A model generated the notes under the pieces. That model saw only the letters and a program-made list of their open reading frames with translations. It did no database searches and was not told where the DNA came from. From Eimeria praecox (Eukaryota), in contig OY986947.1 of assembly GCA_963920595.1 (NCBI GenBank), positions 6,386,001 through 6,450,000 of the forward strand: a stretch of DNA of 64,000 bases. The letters run 5' to 3'. Below, piece after piece: positions 23,001-36,075 of this stretch (position 1 is the stretch's first letter; every line of letters starts with the position of its first letter). Position numbers and translations under genes: made by a program.

Positions 23001-26000
23001 TCGGGAGTGGATACCAGGACATTTGATGAGTGCTTGTGCTGCATGGGGTAGCGTTGGTGGGTCTGCGGCGGCGCTTTAGCGTAGGTGACCTGAGTAAGAA
23101 GCGCCTGAGAGTAACCTCCAGCGTGTCTGCGTGTGTGTGTGTGGAGTATTCACTATTCACCAGGAGGTACGGTTTATATTGGGGTATAGCCCAAGCACGT
23201 GTTTATAAGGGATAGTGGGCAGTTTGGGTTTTTGGGTGCGCATGGAGTGGGCTGTGGCGCCACCCTAGGGCTGTCCGCTTCGCAAGATGAGATTCCATTG
23301 TGTTGGGGATAAGCGTGCAGTTGGAGTGCGATGCAGGTTGCATTGTTGCAGCCCGAGAGGGAGGCATAGAGGGAGGCATGGTTTGCAATTGAACAGGCTT
23401 GTGTGCATCAGAAAGTGCGTTTGTCCCTTAGATTGGGGAGGATGCGTGGTGTGCGTATCGGCATTTGGGATGTTGGGCGTTTCGCAGGGATTAGTTTGTC
23501 AGGGACTGTGTTGGGGTTGAGCGCTGTGAACAAGTTAAGCGATGGCGAGGGCTTGGCTGCTGGTTAGCTTCGTGGGCATTGTTTGAGCCATTGGATTGGG
23601 GTGGTTTGTGGCCTATGGACCTGTTTCAGAAAGTAAGGATTCTTGGGTGGGTGGAATGTGGCAGGTGGACGAGAATGTTCCTTTCGTTGTTTGCAAGGCG
23701 GGTCTGGATCTACGGTAGGGTAAGCATGGCCTGTTGAGGATGTTGACGGACGGCGGCTAGGAGGTGTTGGGCGCATGCGTTTCTATACAGCTGGCATGCA
23801 GCACACTTTTGGCTGGTTCCGGATGTAATGTTATGCATTAGGAGAGGGATGCGGAGCACTCGAGAAGCAGTGTTCGTTTGTTCACTCGAGCTCGTGTTGA
23901 ATCATGATGGGCATGCAAGGTAGCTCGCCACCATGTCAATGCGTCAGAAAGTAGGCGTCGTGGCCAGCTTGCGCCCATATGCACAGCTGTATAAGTCAGC
24001 AGATATGGTCGAAACTTGTTTCGTGTTTTCGGGAATGAGTATGAATGCGTTATAAGGTGTAAAAGGAGGTGAAGCGTCAGGAGCAGGATATCGATACCGT
24101 AGGGCCCGAAAGCTAGTTTCATTGTTGAGGGTTCCGGTTTGCACCTGTGTGGGTTTTGTGGCAGGTGGATTGTGTGGAGGGGTAGCTGCTGCAAAGAGCA
24201 TATATGGATGTTCCATGCCGCCGCGGAACAGAAAGTATGCAGAGGGTTGTGGGCTTGCGATGGAACGGAGCAGTGTCTGTGACTGGGTGGCAAGAATCAG
24301 TATTTTCTTTATGCAGGGGGTGGTCAAATGAAGTGACTTAATTGTGGATGAGAGGGCGGGGGGGGGGTGGGGGGGAGAATTGGGACGTTGGTGGTGCATT
24401 TGGCAGCATTGGTTTGTTTCTTTAGTGTGGGGTATGGAGGTGTGAGCAAGGCGTGGGAGAAGGGGAGCATGGTGGTTCAATGCACCAGGAAGTATGTTTG
24501 GTTTTTCGTCTGCGTGGTTATTGGTAGGTGGGGTGGTCAGGTATTTGAGTAGCGGGGCTTGAAGGAGGCGTGTTGTGGAGCACAACGTGTGTGTCTAATC
24601 AAGGGCTGCACCTGGTACCACCGAAAAAATGTTAGCTGGTGTTCTGTCGCTGAATTGTGATATATGATAGAGTCCCAGGAGAGGGTTTATTTGTGTGGCT
24701 TATGGAGGGGAGAGCTCGTACACTGTAGTCGTGAATGCGTTTAACATACCAGGAGGTACGACCGACTTGCATTTGGCAAAAGAAGGAGTCGGGCGTTGAC
24801 GCGGTGTAGGCATTAGTGCATTTTACAGTTGGTTTGCAGGATTGCTGAAGTGTGGTTTGTATGTGAGTGCAGTGAGCGTCAGGGATGATGCGTGTGAGAT
24901 GGAGGGTACATGTCGTGCAAGGTAGTCGTGAATGGGCTTCACTTATCAGGAAGTGCGTAGGAGGCGGCGTGGCGAATGGTTGGAGGGCCTTGGTGGGCGT
25001 TATAGCGTAGTGGTGTTTCCAGTTAGGTTGCAAGGGCGGTGAAGGGTGGTTTGAATGGCAAAGGCGCCAGAGTGGCAATATTTTGAGGATGGGTTTTGGG
25101 GTGGGATCTGCATAGCGTCGGGAGTGGATACCAGGACATTTGATGAGTGCTTGTGCTGCATGGGGTAGCGTTGGTGGGTCTGCGGCGGCGCTTTAGCGTA
25201 GGTGACCTGAGTAAGAAGCGCCTGAGAGTAACCTCCAGCGTGTTTGCGTGTGTGTGTGTGGAGTATTCACTATTCACCAGGAGGTACGGTTTATATTGGG
25301 GTATAGCCCAAGCACGTGTTTATAAGGGATAGTGGGCAGTTTGGGTTTTTGGGTGCGCATGGAGTGGGCTGTGGCGCCACCCTAGGGCTGTCCGCTTCGC
25401 AAGATGAGATTCCATTGTGTTGGGGATAAGCGTGCAGTTGGAGTGCGATGCAGGTTGCATTGTTGCAGCCCGAGAGGGAGGCATAGAGGGAGGCATGGTT
25501 TGCAATTGAACAGGCTTGTGTGCATCAGAAAGTGCGTTTGTCCCTTAGATTGGGGAGGATGCGTGGTGTGCGTATCGGCATTTGGGATGTTGGGCGTTTC
25601 GCAGGGATGAGTTTGTCAGGGACTGTGTTGGGGTTGAGCGCTGTGAACAAGTTAAGCGATGGCGAGGGCTTGGCTGCTGGTTAGCTTCGTGGGCATTGTT
25701 TGAGCCATTGGATTGGGGTGGTTTGTGGCCTATGGACCTGTTTCAGAAAGTAAGGATTCTTGGGTGGGTGGAATGTGGCAGGTGGACGAGAATGTTCCTT
25801 GCGTTGTGTGCAAGGCGGGTCTGGATCTATGGTAGGGTAAGCATGGCCTGTTGAGGATGTTGACGGACGGCGTCTAGGAGGTGTAGGGCGCATGCGTTTC
25901 TATACAGCTGGCATGCAGCACACTTTTGGCTGGTTCCGGATGTAATGTTATGCATTAGGGGAGGGATGGGGAGCACTCGAGAAGCAGTGTTCGTTTGTTC

Positions 26001-29000
26001 ACTCTAGCTCGTGTTGAATCATGATGGGCACGCAGGGTAGCTCGCCACCATGTCAATGCGTCAGAAAGTAGGCGTCGTGGCCAGCTTGCGCCCATATGCA
26101 CTGCTGTATAAGTCAGCAGATATGGTCGAAACTTGTTTGGTGTTTTCGGGAATGAGTATGAATGCGTTATAAGGTGTAAAAGGAGGTGAAGCGTCAGGAG
26201 CAAGATATAGATACCGTAGGGCCCGAAAGCTAGTTTCATTGTTGAGGGTTCCGGTTTGCACCTGTGTGGGTTTTGTGGCAGGTGGATTGTGTGGAGGGGT
26301 AGCTGCTGCAAAGAGCATATATGGATGTTCCATGCCGCCGCGGAACAGAAAGTATGCAGAGGGTTGTGGGCTTGCGATGGAACGGAGCAGTGTCTGTGAC
26401 TGGGTGGCAAGAATCAGTATTTTCTTTATGCAGGGGGTGGTCAAATGAAGTGACTTAATTGTGGATGAGAGGGCGGGGGGGGGGTGGGGGGGAGAATTGG
26501 GACGTTGGTGGTGCATTTGGCAGCATTGGTTTGTTTCTTTAGTGTGGGGTATGGAGGTGTGAGCAAGGCGTGGGAGAAGGGGAGCATGGTGGTTCAATGC
26601 ACCAGGAAGTATGTTTGGTTTTTCGTCTGCGTGGTTATTGGTAGGTGGGGTGGTCAGGTATTTGAGTAGCGGGGCTTGAAGGAGGCGTGTTGTGGAGCAC
26701 AACGTGTGTTTCTAATCAAGGGCTGCACCTGGTACCACCGAAAAAATGTTAGCTGGTGTTCTGTCGCTGAATTGTGATATATGATAGAGTCCCAGGAGAG
26801 GGTTTATTTGTGTGGCTTATGGAGGGGAGAGCTCGTACACTGTAGTCGTGAATGCGTTTAACATACCAGGAGGTACGACCGACTTGCATTTGGCAAAAGA
26901 AGGAGTCGGGCGTTGACGCGGTGTAGGCATTAGTGCATTTTACAGTTGGTTTGCAGGATTGCTGAAGTGTGGTTTGTATGTGAGTGCAGTGAGCGTCAGG
27001 GATGATGCGTGTGAGATGGAGGGTACATGTCGTGCAAGGTAGTCGTGAATGGGCTTCACTTATCAGGAAGTGCGTAGGAGGCGGCGTGGCGAATGGTTGG
27101 AGGGCCTTGGTGGGCGTTATAGCGTAGTGGTGTTTCCAGTTAGGTTGCAAGGGCGGTGAAGGGTGGTTTGAATGGCAAAGGCGCCAGAGTGGCAATATTT
27201 TGAGGATGGGTTTTGGGGTGGGATCTGCATAGCGTCGGGAGTGGATACCAGGACATTTGATGAGTGCTTGTGCTGCATGGGGTAGCGTTGGTGGGTCTGC
27301 GGCGGCGCTTTAGCGTAGGTGACCTGAGTAAGAAGCGCCTGAGAGTAACCTCCAGCGTGTTTGCGTGTGTGTGTGTGGAGTATTCACTATTCACCAGGAG
27401 GTACGGTTTATATTGGGGTATAGCCCAAGCACGTGTTTATAAGGGATAGTGGGCAGTTTGGGTTTTTGGGTGCGCATGGAGTGGGCTGTGGCGCCACCCT
27501 AGGGCTGTCCGCTTCGCAAGATGAGATTCCATTGTGTTGGGGATAAGCGTGCAGTTGGAGTGCGATGCAGGTTGCATTGTTGCAGCCCGAGAGGGAGGCA
27601 TAGAGGGAGGCATGGTTTGCAATTGAACAGGCTTGTGTGCATCAGAAAGTGCGTTTGTCCCTTAGATTGGGGAGGATGCGTGGTGTGCGTATCGGCATTT
27701 GGGATGTTGGGCGTTTCGCAGGGATGAGTTTGTCAGGGACTGTGTTGGGGTTGAGCGCTGTGAACAAGTTAAGCGATGGCGAGGGCTTGGCTGCTGGTTA
27801 GCTTCGTGGGCATTGTTTGAGCCATTGGATTGGGGTGGTTTGTGGCCTATGGACCTGTTTCAGAAAGTAAGGATTCTTGGGTGGGTGGAATGTGGCAGGT
27901 GGACGAGAATGTTCCTTGCGTTGTGTGCAAGGCGGGTCTGGATCTATGGTAGGGTAAGCATGGCCTGTTGAGGATGTTGACGGACGGCGTCTAGGAGGTG
28001 TAGGGCGCATGCGTTTCTATACAGCTGGCATGCAGCACACTTTTGGCTGGTTCCGGATGTAATGTTATGCATTAGGGGAGGGATGGGGAGCACTCGAGAA
28101 GCAGTGTTCGTTTGTTCACTCGAGCTCGTGTTGAATCATGATGGGCACGCAGGGTAGCTCGCCACCATGTCAATGCGTCAGAAAGTAGGCGTCGTGGCCA
28201 GCTTGCGCCCATATGCACTGCTGTATAAGTCAGCAGATATGGTCGAAACTTGTTTGGTGTTTTCGGGAATGAGTATGAATGCGTTATAAGGTGTAAAAGG
28301 AGGTGAAGCGTCAGGAGCAAGATATAGATACCGTAGGGCCCGAGTGCTAGTTTCATTGTTGAGGGTTCCGGTTTGCACCTGTGTGGGTTTTGTGGCAGGT
28401 GGATTGTGTGGAGGGGTAGCTGCTGCAAAGAGCATATATGGATGTTCCATGCCGCCGCGGAACAGAAAGTATGCAGAGGGTTGTGGGCTTGCGATGGAAC
28501 GGAGCAGTGTCTGTGACTGGGTGGCAAGAATCAGTATTTTCTTTATGCAGGGGGTGGTCAAATGAAGTGACTTAATTGTGGATGAGAGGGCGGGAGGGGG
28601 TGGGGGGAAGCATTGGGACGTTGGTGGTGCATTTGGCAGCATTGGTTTGTTTCTTTAGTGCGGGGTATGGAGGTGTGAGCAAGGCGTGGGAGAAGGGGAG
28701 CATGGTGGTTCAATGCACCAGGAAGTATGTTTGGTTTTTCGTCTGCGTGGTTATTGGTAGGTGGGGTGGTCAGGTATTTGAGTAACGGGGCTTGAAGGAG
28801 GCGTGTTGTGGAGCACAATGTGTGTGTCTAATCAAGGGCTGCACCTGGTACCACCGAAAAAATGTTAGCTGGTGTTTTGTCGCTGAATTGTGTTATATGA
28901 TTGAGGCCCAGGAGAGGGTTTATTTGTGTGGCTTATGGAGGGGAGAGCTCGTACACTGTAGTCGTGAATGCGTTTAACATACCAGGAGGTACGGCCGACT

Positions 29001-32000
29001 TGCATTTGGCAAAAGAAGGAGTCGGGCGTTGACGCGGTGTAGGCATTAGTGCATTTTACAGTTGGTCTGCAGGATTGCTGAAGAGTGGTTTGTGCGTGAG
29101 TGCAGTGAGCGTCAGGGATGGTGCGTGTGAGATGGAGGGTACATGTCGTGCAATGTAGTCGTGAATGGGCTTCACTTATCAGGAAGTGCGTAGGAGGTGG
29201 CGCGGCGAATGGTTGGAGGGCCTTGGTGGGCGTTATAGGGTAGTGGTGTTTCCAGTTAGGTTGCAAGGGCGGTGAAGGGTGGTTTGAATGGCAAAGGCGC
29301 CAGAGTGGCAATATTTTGAGGATGGGTTTTGGGGTGGGATCTGCATAGCGTCGGGAGTGGATACCAGGACATTTGATGAGTGCTTGTGCTGCATGGGGTA
29401 GCGTTGGTGGGTCTGCGGCGGCGCTTTAGCGTAGGTGACCTGAGTAAGAAGCGCCTGAGAGTAGCCTCCAGCGTGTTTGCGTGTGTGTGTGTGGAGTATT
29501 CACTATTCACCAGGAGGTACGGTTTATATTGGGGTATAGCCCAAGCACGTGTTTATAAGGGATAGTGGGCAGTTTGGGTTTTTGGGTGCGCATGGAGTGG
29601 GCTGTGGCGCCACCCTAGGGCTGTCCGCTTCGCAAGATGAGATTCCATTGTGTTGGGGATAAGCGTGCAGTTGGAGTGCGATGCAGGTTGCATTGTTGCA
29701 GCCCGAGAGGGAGGCATAGAGGGAGGCATGGTTTGCAATTGAACAGGCTTGTGTGCATCAGAAAGTGCGTTTGTCCCTTAGATTGGGGAGGATGCGTGGT
29801 GTGCGTATCGGCATTTGGGATGTTGGGCGTTTCGCAGGGATTAGTTTGTCAGGGACTGTGTTGGGGTTGACCGCTGTGAACAAGTTAAGCGACGGCGAGG
29901 GCTTGGCTGCTGGTTAGCTTCGTGGGCATTGTTTGAGCCATTGGATTGGGGTGGTTTGTGGCCTATCGACCTGTTTCAGAAAGTAAGGATTCTTGGGTGG
30001 GTGGAATGTGGCAGGTGGACGAGAATGTTCCTTGCGTTGTGTGCAAGGCGGGTCTGGATCTATGGTAGGGTAAGCATGGCCTGTTGAGGATGTTGACGGA
30101 CGGCGTCTAGGAGGTGTAGGGCGCATGCGTTTCTATACAGCTGGCATGCAGCACACTTTTGGCTGGTTCCGGATGTAATGTTATGCATTAGGGGAGGGAT
30201 GGGGAGCACTCGAGAAGCAGTGTTCGTTTGTTCACTCTAGCTCGTGTTGAATCATGATGGGCATGCAGGGTAGCTCGCCACCATGTCAATGCGTCAGAAA
30301 GTAGGCGTCGTGGCCAGCTTGCGCCCATATGCACTGCTGTATAAGTCAGCAGATATGGTCGAAACTTGTTTGGTGTTTTCGGGAATGAGTATGAATGCGT
30401 TATAAGGTGTAAAAGGAGGTGAAGCGTCAGGAGCAAGATATCGATACCGTAGGGCCCGAGTGCTAGTTTCATTGTTGAGGGTTCCGGTTTGCACCTGTGT
30501 GGGTTTTGTGGCAGGTGGATTGTGTGGAGGGGTAGCTGCTGCAAAGAGCATATATGGATGTTCCATGCCGCCGCGGAACAGAAAGTATGCAGAGGGTCGT
30601 GGGCATGCGATGGAACGGAGCGGTGTGTGTGACTGGGTGGCAAGAATCAGTATTTTGTTTATGCAGGGGGTGGTCAAATGAAGTGACTTAATTGTGGATG
30701 AGAGGGCGGGGGGGGTGGGGGGGAGAATTGGGACGTTGGTGGTGCATTTGGCAGCATTGGTTTGTTTCTTTAGTGTGGGGTATGGAGGTGTGAGCAAGGC
30801 GTGGGAGAAGGGGAGCATGGTGGTTCAATGCACCAGGAAGTATGTTTGGTTTTTCGTCTGCGTGGTTATTGGTAGGTGGGGTGGTCAGGTATTTGAGTAA
30901 CGGGGCTTGAAGGAGGCGTGCTGTGGAGCACAATGTGTGTGTCTAATCAAGGGCTGCACCTGGTACCACCGAAAAAATGTTAGCTGGTGTTCTGTCGCTG
31001 AATTGTGATATATGATAGAGTCCCAGGAGAGGGTTTATTTGTGTGGCTTATGGAGGGGAGAGCTCGTACACTGTAGTCGTGAATGCATTTAACATACCAG
31101 GAGGTACGGCCGACTTGCACTTGGCAAAAGAAGGAGTCGGGCGTTGACGCGGTGTAGGCATTAGTGCATTTTACAGTTGGTTTGCAGGATTGCTGAAGAG
31201 TGGTTTGTGCGTGAGTGCAGTGAGCGTCAGGGATGGTGCGTGTGAGATGGAGGGTACATGTCGTGCAAGGTAGTCGTGAATGGGCTTCACTTATCAGGAA
31301 GTGCGTAGGAGGTGGCGTGGCGAATGGTTGGAGGGCCTTGGTGGGCGTTATAGGGTAGTGGTGTTTCCAGTTAGGTTGCAAGGGCGGTGAAGGGTGGTTT
31401 GAATGGCAAAGGCGCCAGAGTGGCAATATTTTGAGGATGGGTTTTGGGGTGGGATCTGCATAGCGTCGGGAGTGGATACCAGGACATTTGATGAGTGCTT
31501 GTGCTGCATGGGGTAGCGTTGGTGGGTCTGCGGCGGCGCTTTAGCGTAGGTGACCTGAGTAAGAAGCGCCTGAGAGTAGCCTCCAGCGTGTTTGCGTGTG
31601 TGTGTGTGGAGTATTCACTATTCACCAGGAGGTACGGTTTATATTGGGGTATAGCCCAAGCACGTGTTTATAAGGGATAGTGGGCAGTTTGGGTTTTTGG
31701 GTGCGCATGGAGTGGGCTGTGGCGCCACCCTAGGGCTGTCCGCTTCGCAAGATGAGATTCCATTGTGTTGGGGATAAGCGTGCAGTTGGAGTGCGATGCA
31801 GGTTGCATTGTTGCAGCCCGAGAGGGAGGCATAGAGGGAGGCATGGTTTGCAATTGAACAGGCTTGTGTGCATCAGAAAGTGCGTTTGTCCCTTAGATTG
31901 GGGAGGATGCGTGGTGTGCGTATCGGCATTTGGGATGTTGGGCGTTTCGCAGGGATTAGTTTGTCAGGGACTGTGTTGGGGTTGAGCGCTGTGAACAAGT

Positions 32001-35000
32001 TAAGCGATGGCGAGGGCTTGGCTGCTGGTTAGCTTCGTGGGCATTGTTTGAGCCATTGGATTGGGGTGGTTTGTGGCCTATGGACCTGTTTCAGAAAGTA
32101 AGGATTCTTGGGTGGGTGGAATGTGGCAGGTGGACGAGAATGTTCCTTTCGTTGTTTGCAAGGCGGGTCTGGATCTACGGTAGGGTAAGCATGGCCTGTT
32201 GAGGATGTTGACGGACGGCGGCTAGGAGGTGTTGGGCGCATGCGTTTCTATACAGCTGGCATGCAGCACACTTTTGGCTGGTTCCGGATGTAATGTTATG
32301 CATTAGGAGAGGGATGCGGAGCACTCGAGAAGCAGTGTTCGTTTGTTCACTCGAGCTCGTGTTGAATCATGATGGGCATGCAAGGTAGCTCGCCACCATG
32401 TCAATGCGTCAGAAAGTAGGCGTCGTGGCCAGCTTGCGCCCATATGCACTGCTGTATAAGTCAGCAGATATGGTCGAAACTTGTTTCGTGTTTTCGGGAA
32501 TGAGTATGAATGCGTTATAAGGTGTAAAAGGAGGTGAAGCGTCAGGAGCAGGATATCGATACCGTAGGGCCCGAAAGCTAGTTTCATTGTTGAGGGTTCC
32601 GGTTTGCACCTGTGTGGGTTTTGTGGCAGGTGGATTGTGTGGAGGGGTAGCTGCTGCAAAGAGCATATATGGATGTTCCATGCCGCCGCGGAACAGAAAG
32701 TATGCAGAGGGTTGTGGGCTTGCGATGGAACGGAGCAGTGTCTGTGACTGGGTGGCAAGAATCAGTATTTTCTTTATGCAGGGGGTGGTCAAATGAAGTG
32801 ACTTAATTGTGGATGAGAGGGCGGGGGGGGTTGGGGGGGAGAATTGGGACGTTGGTGGTGCATTTGGCAGCATTGGTTTGTTTCTTTAGTGTGGGGTATG
32901 GAGGTGTGAGCAAGGCGTGGGAGAAGGGGAGCATGGTGGTTCAATGCACCAGGAAGTATGTTTGGTTTTTCGTCTGCGTGGTTATTGGTAGGTGGGGTGG
33001 TCAGGTATTTGAGTAGCGGGGCTTGAAGGAGGCGTGTTGTGGAGCACAACGTGTGTTTCTAATCAAGGGCTGCACCTGGTACCACCGAAAAAATGTTAGC
33101 TGGTGTTCTGTCGCTGAATTGTGATATATGATAGAGTCCCAGGAGAGGGTTTATTTGTGTGGCTTATGGAGGGGAGAGCTCGTACACTGTAGTCGTGAAT
33201 GCGTTTAACATACCAGGAGGTACGACCGACTTGCATTTGGCAAAAGAAGGAGTCGGGCGTTGACGCGGTGTAGGCATTAGTGCATTTTACAGTTGGTTTG
33301 CAGGATTGCTGAAGAGTGGTTTGTGCGTGAGTGCAGTGAGCGTCAGGGATGGTGCGTGTGAGATGGAGGGTACATGTCGTGCAATGTAGTCGTGAATGGG
33401 CTTCACTTATCAGGAAGTGCGTAGGAGGTGGCGCGGCGAATGGTTGGAGGGCCTTGGTGGGCGTTATAGGGTAGTGGTGTTTCCAGTTAGGTTGCAAGGG
33501 CGGTGAAGGGTGGTTTGAATGGCAAAGGCGCCAGAGTGGCAATATTTTGAGGATGGGTTTTGGGGTGGGATCTGCATAGCGTCGGGAGTGGATTCCAGGA
33601 CATTTGATGAGTGCTTGTGCTGCATGGGGTAGCGTTGGTGGGTCTGCGGCGGCGCTTTAGCGTAGGTGACCTGAGTAAGAAGCGCCTGAGAGTAGCCTCC
33701 AACGTGTTTGCGTGTGTGTGTGTGGAGTATTCACTATTCACCAGGAGGTACGGTTTATATTGGGGTATAGCCCAAGCACGTGTTTATAAGGGATAGTGGG
33801 CAGTTTGGGTTTTTGGGTGCGCATGGAGTGGGCTGTGGCGCCACCCTAGGGCTGTCCGCTTCGCAAGATGAGATTCCATTGTGTTGGGGATAAGCGTGCA
33901 GTTGGAGTGCGATGCAGGTTGCATTGTTGCAGCCCGAGAGGGAGGCATAGAGGGAGGCATGGTTTGCAATTGAACAGGCTTGTGTGCATCAGAAAGTGCG
34001 TTTGTCCCTTAGATTGGGGAGGATGCGTGGTGTGCTTATCGGCATTTGGGATGTTAGGCGTTTCGCAGGGATTAGTTTGTCAGGGACTGTGTTGGGGTTG
34101 AGCGCTGTGAACAAGTTAAGCGACGGCGAGGGCTTGGCTGCTGGTTAGCTTCGTGGGCATTGTTTGAGCCATTGGATTGGGGTGGTTTGTGGCCTATCGA
34201 CCTGTTTCAGAAAGTAAGGATTCTTGGGTGGGTGGAATGTGGCAGGTGGACGAGAATGTTCCTTGCGTTGTGTGCAAGGCGGGTCTGGATCTATGGTAGG
34301 GTAAGCATGGCCTGTTGAGGATGTTGACGGACGGCGTCTAGGAGGTGTAGGGCGCATGCGTTTCTATACAGCTGGCATGCAGCACACTTTTGGCTGGTTC
34401 CGGATGTAATGTTATGCATTAGGGGAGGGATGGGGAGCACTCGAGAAGCAGTGTTCGTTTGTTCACTCTAGCTCGTGTTGAATCATGATGGGCATGCAGG
34501 GTAGCTCGCCACCATGTCAATGCGTCAGAAAGTAGGCGTCGTGGCCAGCTTGCGCCCATATGCACTGCTGTATAAGTCAGCAGATATGGTCGAAACTTGT
34601 TTGGTGTTTTCGGGAATGAGTATGAATGCGTTATAAGGTGTAAAAGGAGGTGAAGCGTCAGGAGCAAGATATCGATACCGTAGGGCCCGAGTGCTAGTTT
34701 CATTGTTGAGGGTTCCGGTTTGCACCTGTGTGGGTTTTGTGGCAGGTGGATTGTGTGGAGGGGTAGCTGCTGCAGAGAGCATATATGGATGTTCCATGCC
34801 GCCGCGGAACAGAAAGTATGCAGAGGGTTGTGGGCTTGCGATGGAACGGAGCAGTGTCTGTGACTGGGTGGCAAGAATCAGTATTTTGTTTAGGCAGGGG
34901 GTGGTCAAATGAAGTGACTTAATTGTGGATGAGAGGGCGGGGGGGGTGGGGGGGAGGATTGGGACGTTGGTAGTGCATTTGGCAGCATTGGTTTGTTTCT

Positions 35001-36075
35001 TTAGTGTGGGGTATGGAGGTGTGAGCAAGGCGTGGGAGAAGGGGAGCATGGTGGTTCAATGCACCAGGAAGTATGTTTGGTTTTTCGTCTGCGTAGGAAT
35101 TGGTAGGTGGGATGGTCAGGTATTTGAGTAGCGGGGCTTGAAGGAGGCGTGTTGTGGAGCACAATGTGTGTGTCTAATCAAGGGCTGCACCTGGTACCAC
35201 CGAAAAAATGTTAGCTGGTGTTCTGTCGCTGAATTGTGATATATGATAGAGTCCCAGGAGAGGGTTTATTTGTGTGGCTTATGGAGGGGAGAGCTCGTAC
35301 ACTGTAGTCGTGAATGCATTTAACATACCAGGAGGTACGGCCGACTTGCACTTGGCAAAAGAAGGAGTCGGGCGTTGACGCGGTGTAGGCATTAGTGCAT
35401 TTTACAGTTGGTTTGCAGGATTGCTGAAGAGTGGTTTGTGCGTGAGTGCAGTGAGCGTCAGGGATGGTGCGTGTGAGATGGAGGGTACATGTCGTGCAAT
35501 GTAGTCGTGAATGGGCTTCACTTATCAGGAAGTGCGTAGGAGGTGGCGCGGCGAATGGTTGGAGGGCCTTGGTGGGCGTTATAGGGTAGTGGTGTTTCCA
35601 GTTAGGTTGCAAGGGCGGTGAAGGGTGGTTTGAATGGCAAAGGCGCCAGAGTGGCAATATTTTGAGGATGGGTTTTGGGGTGGGATCTGCATAGCGTCGG
35701 GAGTGGATACCAGGACATTTGATGAGTGCTTGTGCTGCATGGGGTAGCGTTGGTGGGTCTGCGGCGGCGCTTTAGCGTAGGTGACCTGAGTAAGAAGCGC
35801 CTGACAGTAGCCTCCAGCGTGTTTGCGTGTGTGTGTGTGGAGTATTCACTATTCACCAGGAGGTACGGTTTATATTGGGGTATAGCCCAAGCACGTGTTT
35901 ATAAGGGATAGTGGGCAGTTTGGGTTTTTGGGTGCGCATGGAGTGGGTTGTGGCGCCACCCTAGGGCTGTCCGCTTCGCAAGATGAGATTCCATTGTGTT
36001 GGGGATAAGCGTGCAGTTGGAGTGCGATGCAGGTTGCATTGTTGCAGCCCGAGAGGGAGGCATAGAGGGAGGCAT
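17010..36075. repeat. Satellite subfamily carrying a 12-bp tandem duplication (AGAGGGAGGCAT)x2; 10 consecutive copies
   Basis: The duplication is present from 17010-17033 through 36052-36075, absent at ~14907 and in all copies from ~38170 on. It accounts for the period shift from ~2116 to ~2104. Confidence 0.95.
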
